Positions 1 to 8,506 of a stretch of 64,000 bases of DNA are shown here, in pieces (the first letter of the stretch is position 1; every line of letters begins with the position of its first letter). Where the stretch lies: assembly GCA_963727625.1 (NCBI GenBank), contig CAVSHR010000002.1, positions 384,001 through 448,000 of the forward strand, in the 5' to 3' direction. Origin of the DNA: an uncultured delta proteobacterium. GTDB taxonomy: Bacteria > Desulfobacterota > Binatia > UBA9968. The notes under the pieces are model-generated. The model had not been told where the DNA came from and ran no database searches. It saw only the letters and a program-made list of their open reading frames with translations. The position numbers and the translations under genes were made by a program.

Positions 1-156
1 AAGTCGCGAGTCGAGGCTCTCTTTTCTGAAATATCGCATCTCGACGGGTTCTCTGTTGCAGATGCGCTCGACCGAATTCGAACTACGGGTTGCGAATAAA
101 TGTGATACCTCTCTCGCTCGTTATTCGCATGCCTCGCGCTTTGAAGTCTCCACTTG

Positions 157-876
157 CTAATGGGTGTCATCCTCCACCCAGGTTTTCTTTCCATAATAGC
201 CGCGCCGACTCGCGGTCATGACGAATTTTTGGAATTGCCGGTCATCTCGGTACTTAGCCATATCGTATCGCTCGTAGTGGGTCATCTCATCTACCTCTCG
301 CCGCGGCCGAGCCGGAATGGGGCGACTGGCATAGCCCAGTGGGATGAGGTGATAAATTCTAAGCGGCTCCGGAACTCCGAGTAGAACTTTCAGCAGGGTT
401 TCCATATAGACCGAGCTAGCGTCGCTAACATACTGGGTTGCCAAGCCGAGGGAGGTAGCCGCGAGATGAATTAACAATGTGGCGCTGGCCAGGCCTGTGT
501 AGAAATGAGAATCGGCTTTGTCCAACATGGTCCTGACGGGATAGGTCTCTTTCACCCTGGGATCGCCCAAGATCATGATATGAATCGGCGCATGCCGAAA
601 GCCGTCGCCGGTCATCTTAGCGTCCCCCCGCACCGCCATTTCCATCTCCTTTTTGTGCTCCTGCTGTTTGAGGAAGATGTCGGCGATTTGATGACGCGTG
701 TTCTCGTCGCGGATAACGATGAACTCCCAGGGTTGGCCGTTGCCTCCCGATGGAGCCCACCGGGCGCATTCGAGAATCTTTTGGACCATTTCGTCAGGAA
801 CATCCTTTGTCTTATCGTACCCGCGGATACTTCTCCGGTCGGCCGCCAGCTCCGTCAGAGCGTCAATGGTCATCAT
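157..876 (-). CDS. Nitroreductase family protein (FMN-dependent)
   Basis: RRSIRGY and ARWAPSGGNGQPWEF motifs; C-terminal LIPLGY; GGGAGG RBS before ATG at 876. Confidence 0.9.
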   Translation of the reverse strand: MMTIDALTELAADRRSIRGYDKTKDVPDEMVQKILECARWAPSGGNGQPWEFIVIRDENTRHQIADIFLKQQEHKKEMEMAVRGDAKMTGDGFRHAPIHIMILGDPRVKETYPVRTMLDKADSHFYTGLASATLLIHLAATSLGLATQYVSDASSVYMETLLKVLLGVPEPLRIYHLIPLGYASRPIPARPRREVDEMTHYERYDMAKYRDDRQFQKFVMTASRRGYYGKKTWVEDDTH

Positions 877-903
877 AGAAACCTCCCTTGGCAACTTATC
901 AAT

Positions 904-1647
904 TTAGCGTTTCTTGCGCTTTAGCGTGAGGCTGTAGCTGAAGATGTCGCTCCGGTAAAATCCCAACGTGAGCAGCAATAAATTCTTTCTGTGGAAATAA
1001 TATCTCTTGACAAAAAGTACCGGTGAGCCCGGCGAGATCCCCAGATAGGATGCCGCGTCGTCGTCGGCGAGTTTTGCTCCAACCAGATGCTTCACGTCAC
1101 TGATCGTAATAGGCAACACGGACTCGATGGCACTGGAAAGAGGCAGCGTGAGCAAGCTTCGCGGAGAGAGCTTAGTCGCGACCCCTGTCGGGACGTAGGA
1201 ATGTACATATGCCAGAGCTTGCCCGCGCGCCAATCTCGTCCGCGTTATCCGTGTTATCGTATCCCCTTCGGACAGGTCAAATTCTCTTCGTATGTTTTCC
1301 GTTGGCTTGAGATTCTCCGTCCGAAGAAGCTTGAAACTCGTGCCCTCTAGATTCAGCGTGACTAGAGTTTCCGCTTCGATCTCCAAGTTGATTGCTTGAT
1401 TGACCGGTCCGCTCCAGCTCACAAAAGTGCCCTTGGCGCGCTCGCGCCGGACGAGTCCCTCCTGAGCCAGTTGGCCCAGCGCTTGACGCACGGTGATGAC
1501 GCTCACGCCCAGGTGCCGGGCAAGATCCAATTCGCCAGGGAGCTGAAAGCCTCGACTCCATGTTCCGGAAAGAATGTTGTCGCGGATCTCCGTCATGACT
1601 TTGAAATAGAGCGGCACGGGAGAGCCCGATCTTTTGGCGAGGCGCAT
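904..1647 (-). CDS. GntR family (HutC/UTRA) transcriptional regulator
   Basis: PLYFKV..LPGELDLARHLGVSVITVRQAL..GLVRRERAKGTFV wHTH plus UTRA-like C-terminus. Confidence 0.92.
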   Translation of the reverse strand: MRLAKRSGSPVPLYFKVMTEIRDNILSGTWSRGFQLPGELDLARHLGVSVITVRQALGQLAQEGLVRRERAKGTFVSWSGPVNQAINLEIEAETLVTLNLEGTSFKLLRTENLKPTENIRREFDLSEGDTITRITRTRLARGQALAYVHSYVPTGVATKLSPRSLLTLPLSSAIESVLPITISDVKHLVGAKLADDDAASYLGISPGSPVLFVKRYYFHRKNLLLLTLGFYRSDIFSYSLTLKRKKR

Positions 1648-1761
1648 GTCGGTGACCTATAATTCGCCGAGAGCGGTCAATTGGCGGGATCCTCCGGCGA
1701 GTGTTTTGCGATCTTAAACCATCAAAGCTCAAACTCTCGATTCAGCCGCTGACCCCTAGAC

Positions 1762-2253
1762 CTACGCACTCTGAGCCTTTCTCTTCTTGAAGAACTGGAT
1801 ATGGCTCAAGGCGTCGGCGGCAACGATGCGCCCGATGGGGCCGATGCTGTACGAGGCATCGCAGACCTTTCTGTCCGAGTCGAGGATGAAATTCGTCGCG
1901 TGAATGATCTTTCTGCGCTCTTCCCAAAAGGCACCGATCTTGTCGGCGTCTCTCGGCACTTCGAGGCCATAGGCCGCGGGAAAGGTAAGCTGCAATTTTT
2001 CTACGGTCTCTTTCGCTTTGTCGAGGGGGTCGACGGATAGGGCGACGACGTCGACATTTTCTTTTTTGAACTCTTCGATATGCGATTGGTAGTCGGCTAA
2101 CTGCCGCATGCAGTACGGTCACCAACTGCCGCGATAAAAGATGAGAACCGCATATTCACCCGTGAGGTCCCGGGGAATTCGGACAGTTCGCCCGTCGACG
2201 GTTTGAACTTCATATTCAGGGAAAAGGTCGCCAGAGTTGAGTTGTCGTGCCAT
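1762..2253 (-). CDS. Peroxiredoxin-like (AhpC/TSA/redoxin) selenoprotein, UxxC; in-frame TGA at 2121-2119
   Basis: GGAGGG-ATG at 2253 gives MARQLNSGDLFPEYEVQTVDGRTVRIPRDLTGEYAVLIFYRGSW-TGA-PYCMRQLADYQ..., in frame with ORF 1762..2109; family motif is FYRGxWCPYC. Confidence 0.9.
2094..2118 (-). promoter_or_regulatory. Putative SECIS of the Prx-like gene
   Basis: CGGC-AGUUA-GCCG; loop starts 17 nt after UGA, same register and AG-start loop as the AhpD SECIS hairpins; stem only 4 bp. Confidence 0.55.
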
Positions 2254-2552
2254 ATGCCCTCCGTGAGAAGTTAGTGGTCAAACTTCGATATCACGCACCG
2301 TTGCAACATCATTACACAAACTTCGGGTTAAACTGCGTTGTTGTCATCGGTTCGGTTGGCCGCGTATGTTGACTGCTTATATGATTAGTAGTAGGAGGTC
2401 AATTGGTTTGCAGCGCCGGCGCGAGCGCGGTTTCGTCGAGCGCGCCGGCGCCGAATCGCCGCCGATCACGACCGAGGCAAGCTTGAACGAAAGAAGCTCG
2501 CCGCGATTACGGGCAATGACGGTTTCGCGTCGAAAACGGAAAAGGCAGGGCC

Positions 2553-2849
2553 ATGATTGATCTTTACTACTGGACCACGCCGAACGGTCACAAAATCACG
2601 ATCTTTCTCGAAGAGGCGGCGCTGCCCTATTCGATCGCCGACATGGCCAGCTATCCCTGGATCGTGCCCCATGAACGGCATAAGCAAAAGCTCGACGAGT
2701 TTTCGAACTTGAATCGCTGGTTTCTGGCCATCGGGCGGCGACCCGCCGTGCAGCGCGCCTATGAATTGGCAAAAACGATCAACACGAAGCCGACGGTCAA
2801 CGAGGATTCGAAGTCCATCCTTTTTGGGCAAGGGAGGCGCTCGGTATAA
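2553..2849 (+). pseudogene. Internally deleted glutathione S-transferase (YfcG/YghU-like)
   Basis: N-terminal MIDLYYWTTPNGHKITIFLEEAALPY joined directly to C-terminal SIADMASYPWI..RPAVQRAY; most of the GST body is missing. Confidence 0.8.
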
Positions 2850-2939
2850 GTGTGGTGGGTTTGGAATCCACCTGTCTTCGACAACCGCCCGCCCGAAGCC
2901 GCAAGCTAAGCTTAGTCTGAGCCGAAAGGAGGAAGTTCG

Positions 2940-3611
2940 ATGCCGTGGATAAAAATTATACCCGAGCATGAGGCCGAGGGTGAGCTGAAAGAAGTCTATC
3001 GAAAGATAAAAAAACAACGCCAGGATGAGAAGATCAATCAAGATCGTGACGCAGGCCCCGGCGGCCCGCCCGTGAGCCCGCCGATGTTGCACAGCCTCAA
3101 TCCCAAAGCCATGTGGCACACCGCCGAGCTTATGTGGGAGATCATGCGCGGTGAGTCGCGTCTGACCACGGTGCAGCGCGAGATGATCGCTACGGTGACC
3201 TCGGCGACGCTGCACTGCCGCTTTTGAACCGTCGCCCACGCAGAGTTTCTGCGTCAGGAAGGCGGCGACGACCTGACGGCGGAGCAGGTTAAAGACGATT
3301 GGCGGCAAATGGAGTTGAGCGGAGCCGAATACGCCATGTTGGAATTTGCCGAAAAGCTCACGCTCACGCCGAGCAATATGCGCGAAACGGACGTGCAAAA
3401 ATTACACGATGCCGGCTGGACGGATCGCGACATCCTCGATATCGTCCATGTTTGCGCCTATTTTAATTTTCGCGTGCGCGTGGTCGACGGTCTTGGCCTG
3501 GAAGTCGCCGATTGGCAAGTCGAGCGCGCCCGCGCCGGTGCCGCGCGGGCGGCAGAAATCGCGAAAGAGCGCGGTGTGACGATGCCGGCCGATCCCTGGA
3601 AAGTACGTTGA
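2940..3611 (+). CDS. AhpD/carboxymuconolactone decarboxylase-like selenoprotein 1 (CRFU); TGA at 3225-3227
   Basis: REMIATVTSATLHCRF-TGA-TVAHAEFLRQ continues in frame into ORF 3309..3611 (FAEKLT..AYFNFRVRVVDGLG). Confidence 0.92.
3228..3270 (+). promoter_or_regulatory. Putative SECIS (AhpD-1)
   Basis: Upper stem ACGCAG(3238-43)/CTGCGT(3249-54), loop AGTTT; lower stem CGTCGCC/GGCGACG. Confidence 0.75.
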
Positions 3612-3621
3612 GGATTGCATC

Positions 3622-4269
3622 ATGAGCTTCATCAAAGTCGTTCGCGAATCGGAGGCGACCGGCGAGCTTCAGGAAGTTTACGAGCGGACGCTCAGCCGAT
3701 TGAGCCCTTCGGTGCGCCAGCGCCGCGGCGACAAGCTGCCGCCCATCGTCAGGATTTTCAGTCTCTGCCCGGCGCTGCTCGAAGCGCGGGTCGGTTTCGA
3801 CAAGGGCATCTATCGCCCCGGCCATTCCGGTTTGGGCCGGCGCAAGGAGGAGCTCATCGCCACGCAGGTGGCGGCGCTGAGCGGCTGCCGGTTTTGAGGC
3901 ATCGGCCACGGAGAGTTTCTCCGTGTCGACGGCAAAATGGCGGTGGAGGAAGTCGCCAAAGTGATCTCCAACTGGCGCGAGGCGGATCTGGACGAACAGG
4001 AGAAGGCCATGCTCGCGTTCACGGAAAAATTCACCCTCACGCCGAGTCAGATCACAGACGCCGATATCGAGGCGCTGCGCCGGGCGGGATTCGGCGAGGA
4101 GCAAATACTTTCCATCGCCCTGGGCGCCGGTTATCGAAACTGGGTGGATCGCATCGCCGATCTGCTCGGCGTCGAAGAGGAAAAATTCGACTTCCCCGAG
4201 GAAATCTTGAAAGCTTTCGGGGTAACGCGCGAGCAGCTTCAAACTTCGCTCTACGGGGATGACCGATGA
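3622..4269 (+). CDS. AhpD-like selenoprotein 2 (CRFU); TGA at 3895-3897
   Basis: KEELIATQVAALSGCRF-TGA-GIGHGEFLRVDGK continues in frame into ORF 3937..4269. Confidence 0.92.
3898..3929 (+). promoter_or_regulatory. Putative SECIS (AhpD-2)
   Basis: ACGGAG(3908-13)/CTCCGT(3919-24), loop AGTTT; extension TCGGC/GTCGA. Confidence 0.75.
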
Positions 4270-4718
4270 GCCGCTTGCAAATGGCCGCGGGAAAGAAACT
4301 CGAAAACTTGCTCGGCGCGGCGCCGGGCGCGCTTGAAGCTGACAGCGCGATGCGCACCCTGCTGATCGATCAATTGACACCGCGACTCTACAGTTTGATC
4401 GGCGTTGTGGTCGCCGGTTGTCTGCGTTGCGAAAAGTTCGTCGAAGCTCTGCGCGGGCCGCTGGACAATACTTTTGTTGCTCAAGCCGCGCGTGATTGGC
4501 GCGCGCTTGAACTCACGACGGTGGAAAAGGCAGTGCTGGCCTACGCGGAAAAAGGCACCATGGACGAGGCTTCGGTGCGCAAAGGGGAGATCGACGAGCT
4601 GCGCGCAGCCGGTCTTAGCGATCGAGACGTGTTATTGACCGCCACCGCGATCGCCTATCACAACTATTCGATTCGCATGGCGGCGGCGTTCGACGTTCTA
4701 CCGAGTGCGGGTGAATGA
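4266..4718 (+). CDS. Degenerate AhpD/CMD-fold protein
   Basis: DWRALELTTVEKAVLAYAEK..LRAAGLSDRDV..AYHNYSIR matches the C-halves of the neighbours; ATGA overlap with the upstream gene. Confidence 0.85.
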   Translation: MSRLQMAAGKKLENLLGAAPGALEADSAMRTLLIDQLTPRLYSLIGVVVAGCLRCEKFVEALRGPLDNTFVAQAARDWRALELTTVEKAVLAYAEKGTMDEASVRKGEIDELRAAGLSDRDVLLTATAIAYHNYSIRMAAAFDVLPSAGE

Positions 4719-4748
4719 CCTAAAACCGAAAAGGAAGGATATTCCTAA

Positions 4749-5654
4749 ATGCGAGGCATAACTCCCAGACGAGAGCAGGGCATGGCCGATCCGGTGTTGG
4801 CCGAGATGGTTCATGCTACGGGGGCGACGGAGTCGCGCCACTACGCGGCGGTCAAGCCGACCATCCAAGCCTATCGCGCCAGTTGGGTGAAGCTCGCACC
4901 CTATCGAGATGGTCCCGTCAATTCGAATCGGGTGGCGGTCGACGATCCGGTGGCGATGACCGCTCAGGTCAAGGCAAAAGCATCGGCGTTGGGCGCCAAC
5001 CTGGTCGGGGTCTGTCGTTTGCAGCCGCATATGATCGATCTCGGTTCGGAATTGCCGCATGAATTCGTCATCGCGTGCTGCGTGGCGGAGGATTATGAAA
5101 AAGTCACTCAAGGGCCGGATGCGGTCGAAGAAGAAGCCATGCGGACCTATGCGAAATGCACCGAGATCGCCACGGATCTGGCCGCCTACGTGCGCGACCT
5201 GGGCTATCCCGCCATCGCCCATCACAACGGCGCCAGCGAAGTCCAGGCGATCCCGATTTTCTACCAGGTGGGCTTCGGCGAGCTGGGCCGGCACGGCAGT
5301 CTGATCAACGAGAAATACGGCGCGAGCTTCCGCCCGGGATTCGTGACCACGGACCTGCCGCTGGTGGAAGACCATCCGCGGGAATTCGGCGTGCAGGACT
5401 TCTGCATGACCTGCAACGTCTGCCAGCGCAACTGCCCGGGCGACGCGATACCGCAGGATCATGTCGTCACCCACGGCATCAAACGCTGGCTGATCGATCT
5501 GGAGAAATGCTACCCCTACTCGCGCTTGCGCGAAGAGTACTGTCATCTCTGCGTCGACGCCTGTCCGTACATCGTGAAGTCCTATCCCGAAACCTACAAA
5601 GCCTTCATGAAAGAGCGCAAGCAAGTGGGCTACAAAACGCCGAAGACCTATTGA
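4749..5654 (+). CDS. Reductive dehalogenase/epoxyqueuosine reductase-like cobalamin and 2x[4Fe-4S] protein, no signal peptide
   Basis: LGANLVG, LGYPA, GFGELGRHGSLINEKYG, VTTDLPL, CMTCNVCQRNCP and C-x10-CHLCVDACP. Confidence 0.85.
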   Translation: MRGITPRREQGMADPVLAEMVHATGATESRHYAAVKPTIQAYRASWVKLAPYRDGPVNSNRVAVDDPVAMTAQVKAKASALGANLVGVCRLQPHMIDLGSELPHEFVIACCVAEDYEKVTQGPDAVEEEAMRTYAKCTEIATDLAAYVRDLGYPAIAHHNGASEVQAIPIFYQVGFGELGRHGSLINEKYGASFRPGFVTTDLPLVEDHPREFGVQDFCMTCNVCQRNCPGDAIPQDHVVTHGIKRWLIDLEKCYPYSRLREEYCHLCVDACPYIVKSYPETYKAFMKERKQVGYKTPKTY

Positions 5655-5660
5655 ACTTTT

Positions 5661-5870
5661 ATGGAAAAACTCTACGTCAACGAAATCGGCCCCGATGGCC
5701 ACGTGAGCACCGCAGGCTTGTTCTATTCGCTGGCCGAGGCGCAAAGGATCGTCGAAATGCTGCGCGCCAATCCCGAGCGAGCGGGCTATCGGTATGAAAT
5801 CGTCGAGGCGGTGCGGCATACCTTAACCGAGAAGCAGGCGAATCCGACCGCGACCGCGCAGAAGGAGTGA
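5661..5870 (+). CDS. Small hypothetical protein within the operon
   Basis: 69 aa; fills the gap between flanking genes and overlaps the next start (GTGA); host-like codons. Confidence 0.6.
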   Translation: MEKLYVNEIGPDGHVSTAGLFYSLAEAQRIVEMLRANPERAGYRYEIVEAVRHTLTEKQANPTATAQKE

Positions 5871-6424
5871 CCATGCCCTATATCAAAACCGTGCCGCCGG
5901 CCGAGGCCACCGGCAAGCTCAAGGAAGTTTACGAGTCCGGCTCCGGCCCGTCCGCGGCGCGCGGCAAGGTGTCGATGATCCGCCAGGTGCAAAGCCTCAA
6001 CACTGACAACCTCGCCGCCTGGCGCGCGCTCGACGTGTCGATCATGCGCGGCGAGTCGCGCATCACCCGGCGCCAGCGCGAGATGATCGCCACGGCGGTG
6101 TCGTCGACCAATCATTGCAGCTATTGAATGACCGCCCACGGAGAGGCTCTCCGTACCGAATCCAATGACGACCCGCTGGTCGAAGGCATCAAGCAGGATT
6201 ACACCCGACTGGATCTGCCGCCCGCCGAGCGCGCGATGCTCGACTACGCTGTCAAACTAACGGTGGCGCCGTCGACGGCGAATGAAGCGGATATCGAGAA
6301 CCTACGCGCCCACGGTTTCGATGATCGCGATATCTTGGACATCGTTTACGTCATTTGCCTTTATAACTTCAACGACCGCATGGCGGACGCCACCGGTATT
6401 ACCGGGCATGATTTTTTTAAGTGA
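5867..6424 (+). CDS. AhpD-like selenoprotein 3 (CSYU); TGA at 6125-6127
   Basis: REMIATAVSSTNHCSY-TGA-MTAHGEALR; ORFs 5867..6127 and 6128..6424 abut in frame (start may be ATG 5873). Confidence 0.92.
6128..6154 (+). promoter_or_regulatory. Putative SECIS (AhpD-3)
   Basis: ACGGAG(6138-43)/CTCCGT(6149-54), loop AGGCT. Confidence 0.72.
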
Positions 6425-6469
6425 GTCATTTATTCACCGAGCGTCGCACTCGGTAAGATTGGAGAAAGC

Positions 6470-7015
6470 ATGAGCAAGTCGCCAGGGAAGATCGATCGCG
6501 CAGCGTTTCGCGAGGTGCATAAACAGCAGCAAGAGCGGGCCAAGCAAGGCCCGGAAGGATACACAACGACAACACGAGCTGTGATCCGGCTCATTGAAGG
6601 TCAATTGAAAGAAGCCCGCATCGGCGAATATACCATCCAGTGCGACGAGGCGAAGTCGCGCAAGGGCGGCGGCAAGGCGCCTTCGCCGCTGCAGTACTTC
6701 GTCGCGGCGACGGGATTTTGAATGTTCAGTCAACTGACGCGGTACGCGTCGCAACTGGACATCGAGATCGAAGACGCCGAGATGGACATTCGCATGACCT
6801 ACGACACCCGCGGCAAGCTGCTGCTCGCGGACGTGCATCCGGGCTGCCGCGAGCTGACCTACGTATTCAAGATCAAGAGCTCGGCGCCGTCGGAGAAGGT
6901 TCAGGAGATGCTGCGGCTGATCGAAAAAGGCTGCCACACGATCAATTCTTTGAAAATCCCGGTGCCGGTGGCCGGAAAGTTGATTCACAACGGTCAGGAA
7001 ATCGCCGCGCCGTAA
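6470..7015 (+). CDS. OsmC/Ohr-like selenoprotein; TGA at 6719-6721
   Basis: DEAKSRKGGGKAPSPLQYFVAATGF-TGA-MFSQL...EKGCHTINSL; TGA replaces the first OsmC Cys, second Cys retained. Confidence 0.92.
6722..6762 (+). promoter_or_regulatory. Putative SECIS (OsmC)
   Basis: Lower stem ATGTTCAGT/ACTGGACAT; upper stem GACGCG/CGCGTC with GTA loop. Confidence 0.75.
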
Positions 7016-7079
7016 AACTTAGCCAGACGCAATTGAAATTCTCTGTTGCCTCGGACTTTAGGGAATCGGCACATGATGC

Positions 7080-7158
7080 CCCTCGCAAAGGCGCAAAGAC
7101 GCCAAGTTTGGAGAAGTACGAAAGAGTTTTCTTTGCGCGCTTAGCGCCTTGGCGAGGG
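7080..7158. repeat. REP-like imperfect palindrome
   Basis: CCCTCGCAAAGGCGCAAAGACGCCAAG ... CTTTGCGCGCTTAGCGCCTTGGCGAGGG. Confidence 0.6.
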
Positions 7159-7241
7159 AATGAGTCTTGAACTCAATCTTTTAGGCCTCTCGGACGGAAG
7201 ATCCAAGGAGCGAGTTAAAACTGGCTCAGAAGGAAGTATTC

Positions 7242-8027
7242 ATGATTGAGCTCTACCACAACGACATGTCGGTCTGCGCCCAGAAGGTGCGCTTCGCCCT
7301 CGCGGAGAAAAAACTTTCATGGGACGGCCATCACATGAATCTCCGCGCCGGTGATCAGCAAAAGCCGGAATATTTAAAGCTCAATCCCAACGCGGTGGTG
7401 CCGACGCTGGTGGATGACGGCACGGTGATCATCGAGTCCACGGTGATCAACGAGTATCTCGACGACGCCTATCCCGAACCGAGACTCAAGCCGGCGGACG
7501 CCGCCGGACGCGCGCGCATGCGGCTCTGGACCAAGCAACTCGACGAAGGCGTGCACGCGGCTACCAGCGTGGTCAGCTCGGCGATCGCGTTTCGCTATCA
7601 GAAGCTCGCCATCGGCATGGAAGCCCTCGAAGAATTTCACAAGAAAATGCCCGACCCGGTGAAGCGGGAGAAGAGCTGGGAGAATGTCACCAAAGGCGTC
7701 GAATCGCGTTTCTTTCCCGAAGCGATCATGCGCTTTGAAAAGCTGCTCGCCGACATGGAAACAACTCTGGGAGATTCGCCATGGCTCGCCGGCAACGAAT
7801 TTTCGCTCGCGGATATCGGTTTCGCGCCCTACATCACCCGGCTCGATCACTTGCAATTGCAGTTTCTCTGGGACAAGCGGCCGCATATCCCCGACTGGTA
7901 CGATCGCCTGCGCGAGCGGCGGGGTTACACCGAAGCGCTGGAAAAATGGTTCAATCCGAAATATCTGCCGCTAATGAAAGAAAAGGGGCTGGAAGCTCGC
8001 GACCGAGTCAAAGAGATCGTCGGTTAG
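7242..8027 (+). CDS. Glutathione S-transferase family protein
   Basis: LYHNDMSVCAQKVRFAL, LNPNAVVPTL, IESTVINEYLD, WLAGNEFSLADI. Confidence 0.93.
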   Translation: MIELYHNDMSVCAQKVRFALAEKKLSWDGHHMNLRAGDQQKPEYLKLNPNAVVPTLVDDGTVIIESTVINEYLDDAYPEPRLKPADAAGRARMRLWTKQLDEGVHAATSVVSSAIAFRYQKLAIGMEALEEFHKKMPDPVKREKSWENVTKGVESRFFPEAIMRFEKLLADMETTLGDSPWLAGNEFSLADIGFAPYITRLDHLQLQFLWDKRPHIPDWYDRLRERRGYTEALEKWFNPKYLPLMKEKGLEARDRVKEIVG

Positions 8028-8143
8028 GGGATCAGTCATTAAATTACGACGAACGAGTCACGGAAGGATAAACTCTCCTGGCCGCTCAAGTTGGCCAGAC
8101 TTCAGCTCTCATTAACGGAACGGCGCTGGAAGGCGCAACCTCC

Positions 8144-8497
8144 TCATGGCTGAATGGTCTCGACGAACCCCTCTGTCGGCACTTCATGCCCTAAGCCTGA
8201 TTCTCGGGCTCCGTGGTAGATAAGATCCGCTAGCGCAGTAAATTGCGCGCCCACACCGGTACTGTTGAGGAAGAGGGTGCGTTGCTCGCGGCCTGCTCTA
8301 CCGTTTATCTTTCCCGCGACCAGCTCGCCTAGATCAGGAAATTTGTTCCAGTCGAGATCGCGCGGTGGATGATCGCGCATGACAAATCCATACTGCTTTT
8401 CCATCGAAGAAAAGTCGGTTGAAACGTATTTATGCTCCTTCTCACGAGTATGGAAGACCACCACATCGGCCTGTGCGAAACAATCGCGTAGAATCTT
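8144..8497 (-). pseudogene. C-terminal fragment of an ornithine cyclodeaminase/mu-crystallin family protein
   Basis: ADVVV..DLGELVAGKINGR..RTLFLNSTGVGAQFTA..ARESGLG; 5' part cut off at the Y1-element end. Confidence 0.75.
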
Positions 8498-8506
8498 GGG
8501 AGAATC

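Noticed and set aside
5652-5663. Rdh-like gene TGA is in frame with the next ORF (TGA ACT TTT ATG), a possible sixth Sec site
   Set aside because: No hairpin at the SECIS register, no Cys-type motif context, and the upstream protein looks complete.
1762-7015. Reading the five TGAs as pseudogenisation or as a UGA=Trp/Gly genetic code
   Set aside because: All five fall at catalytic Cys positions with hairpins and no other lesions; TGA is an ordinary stop elsewhere, including in these genes.
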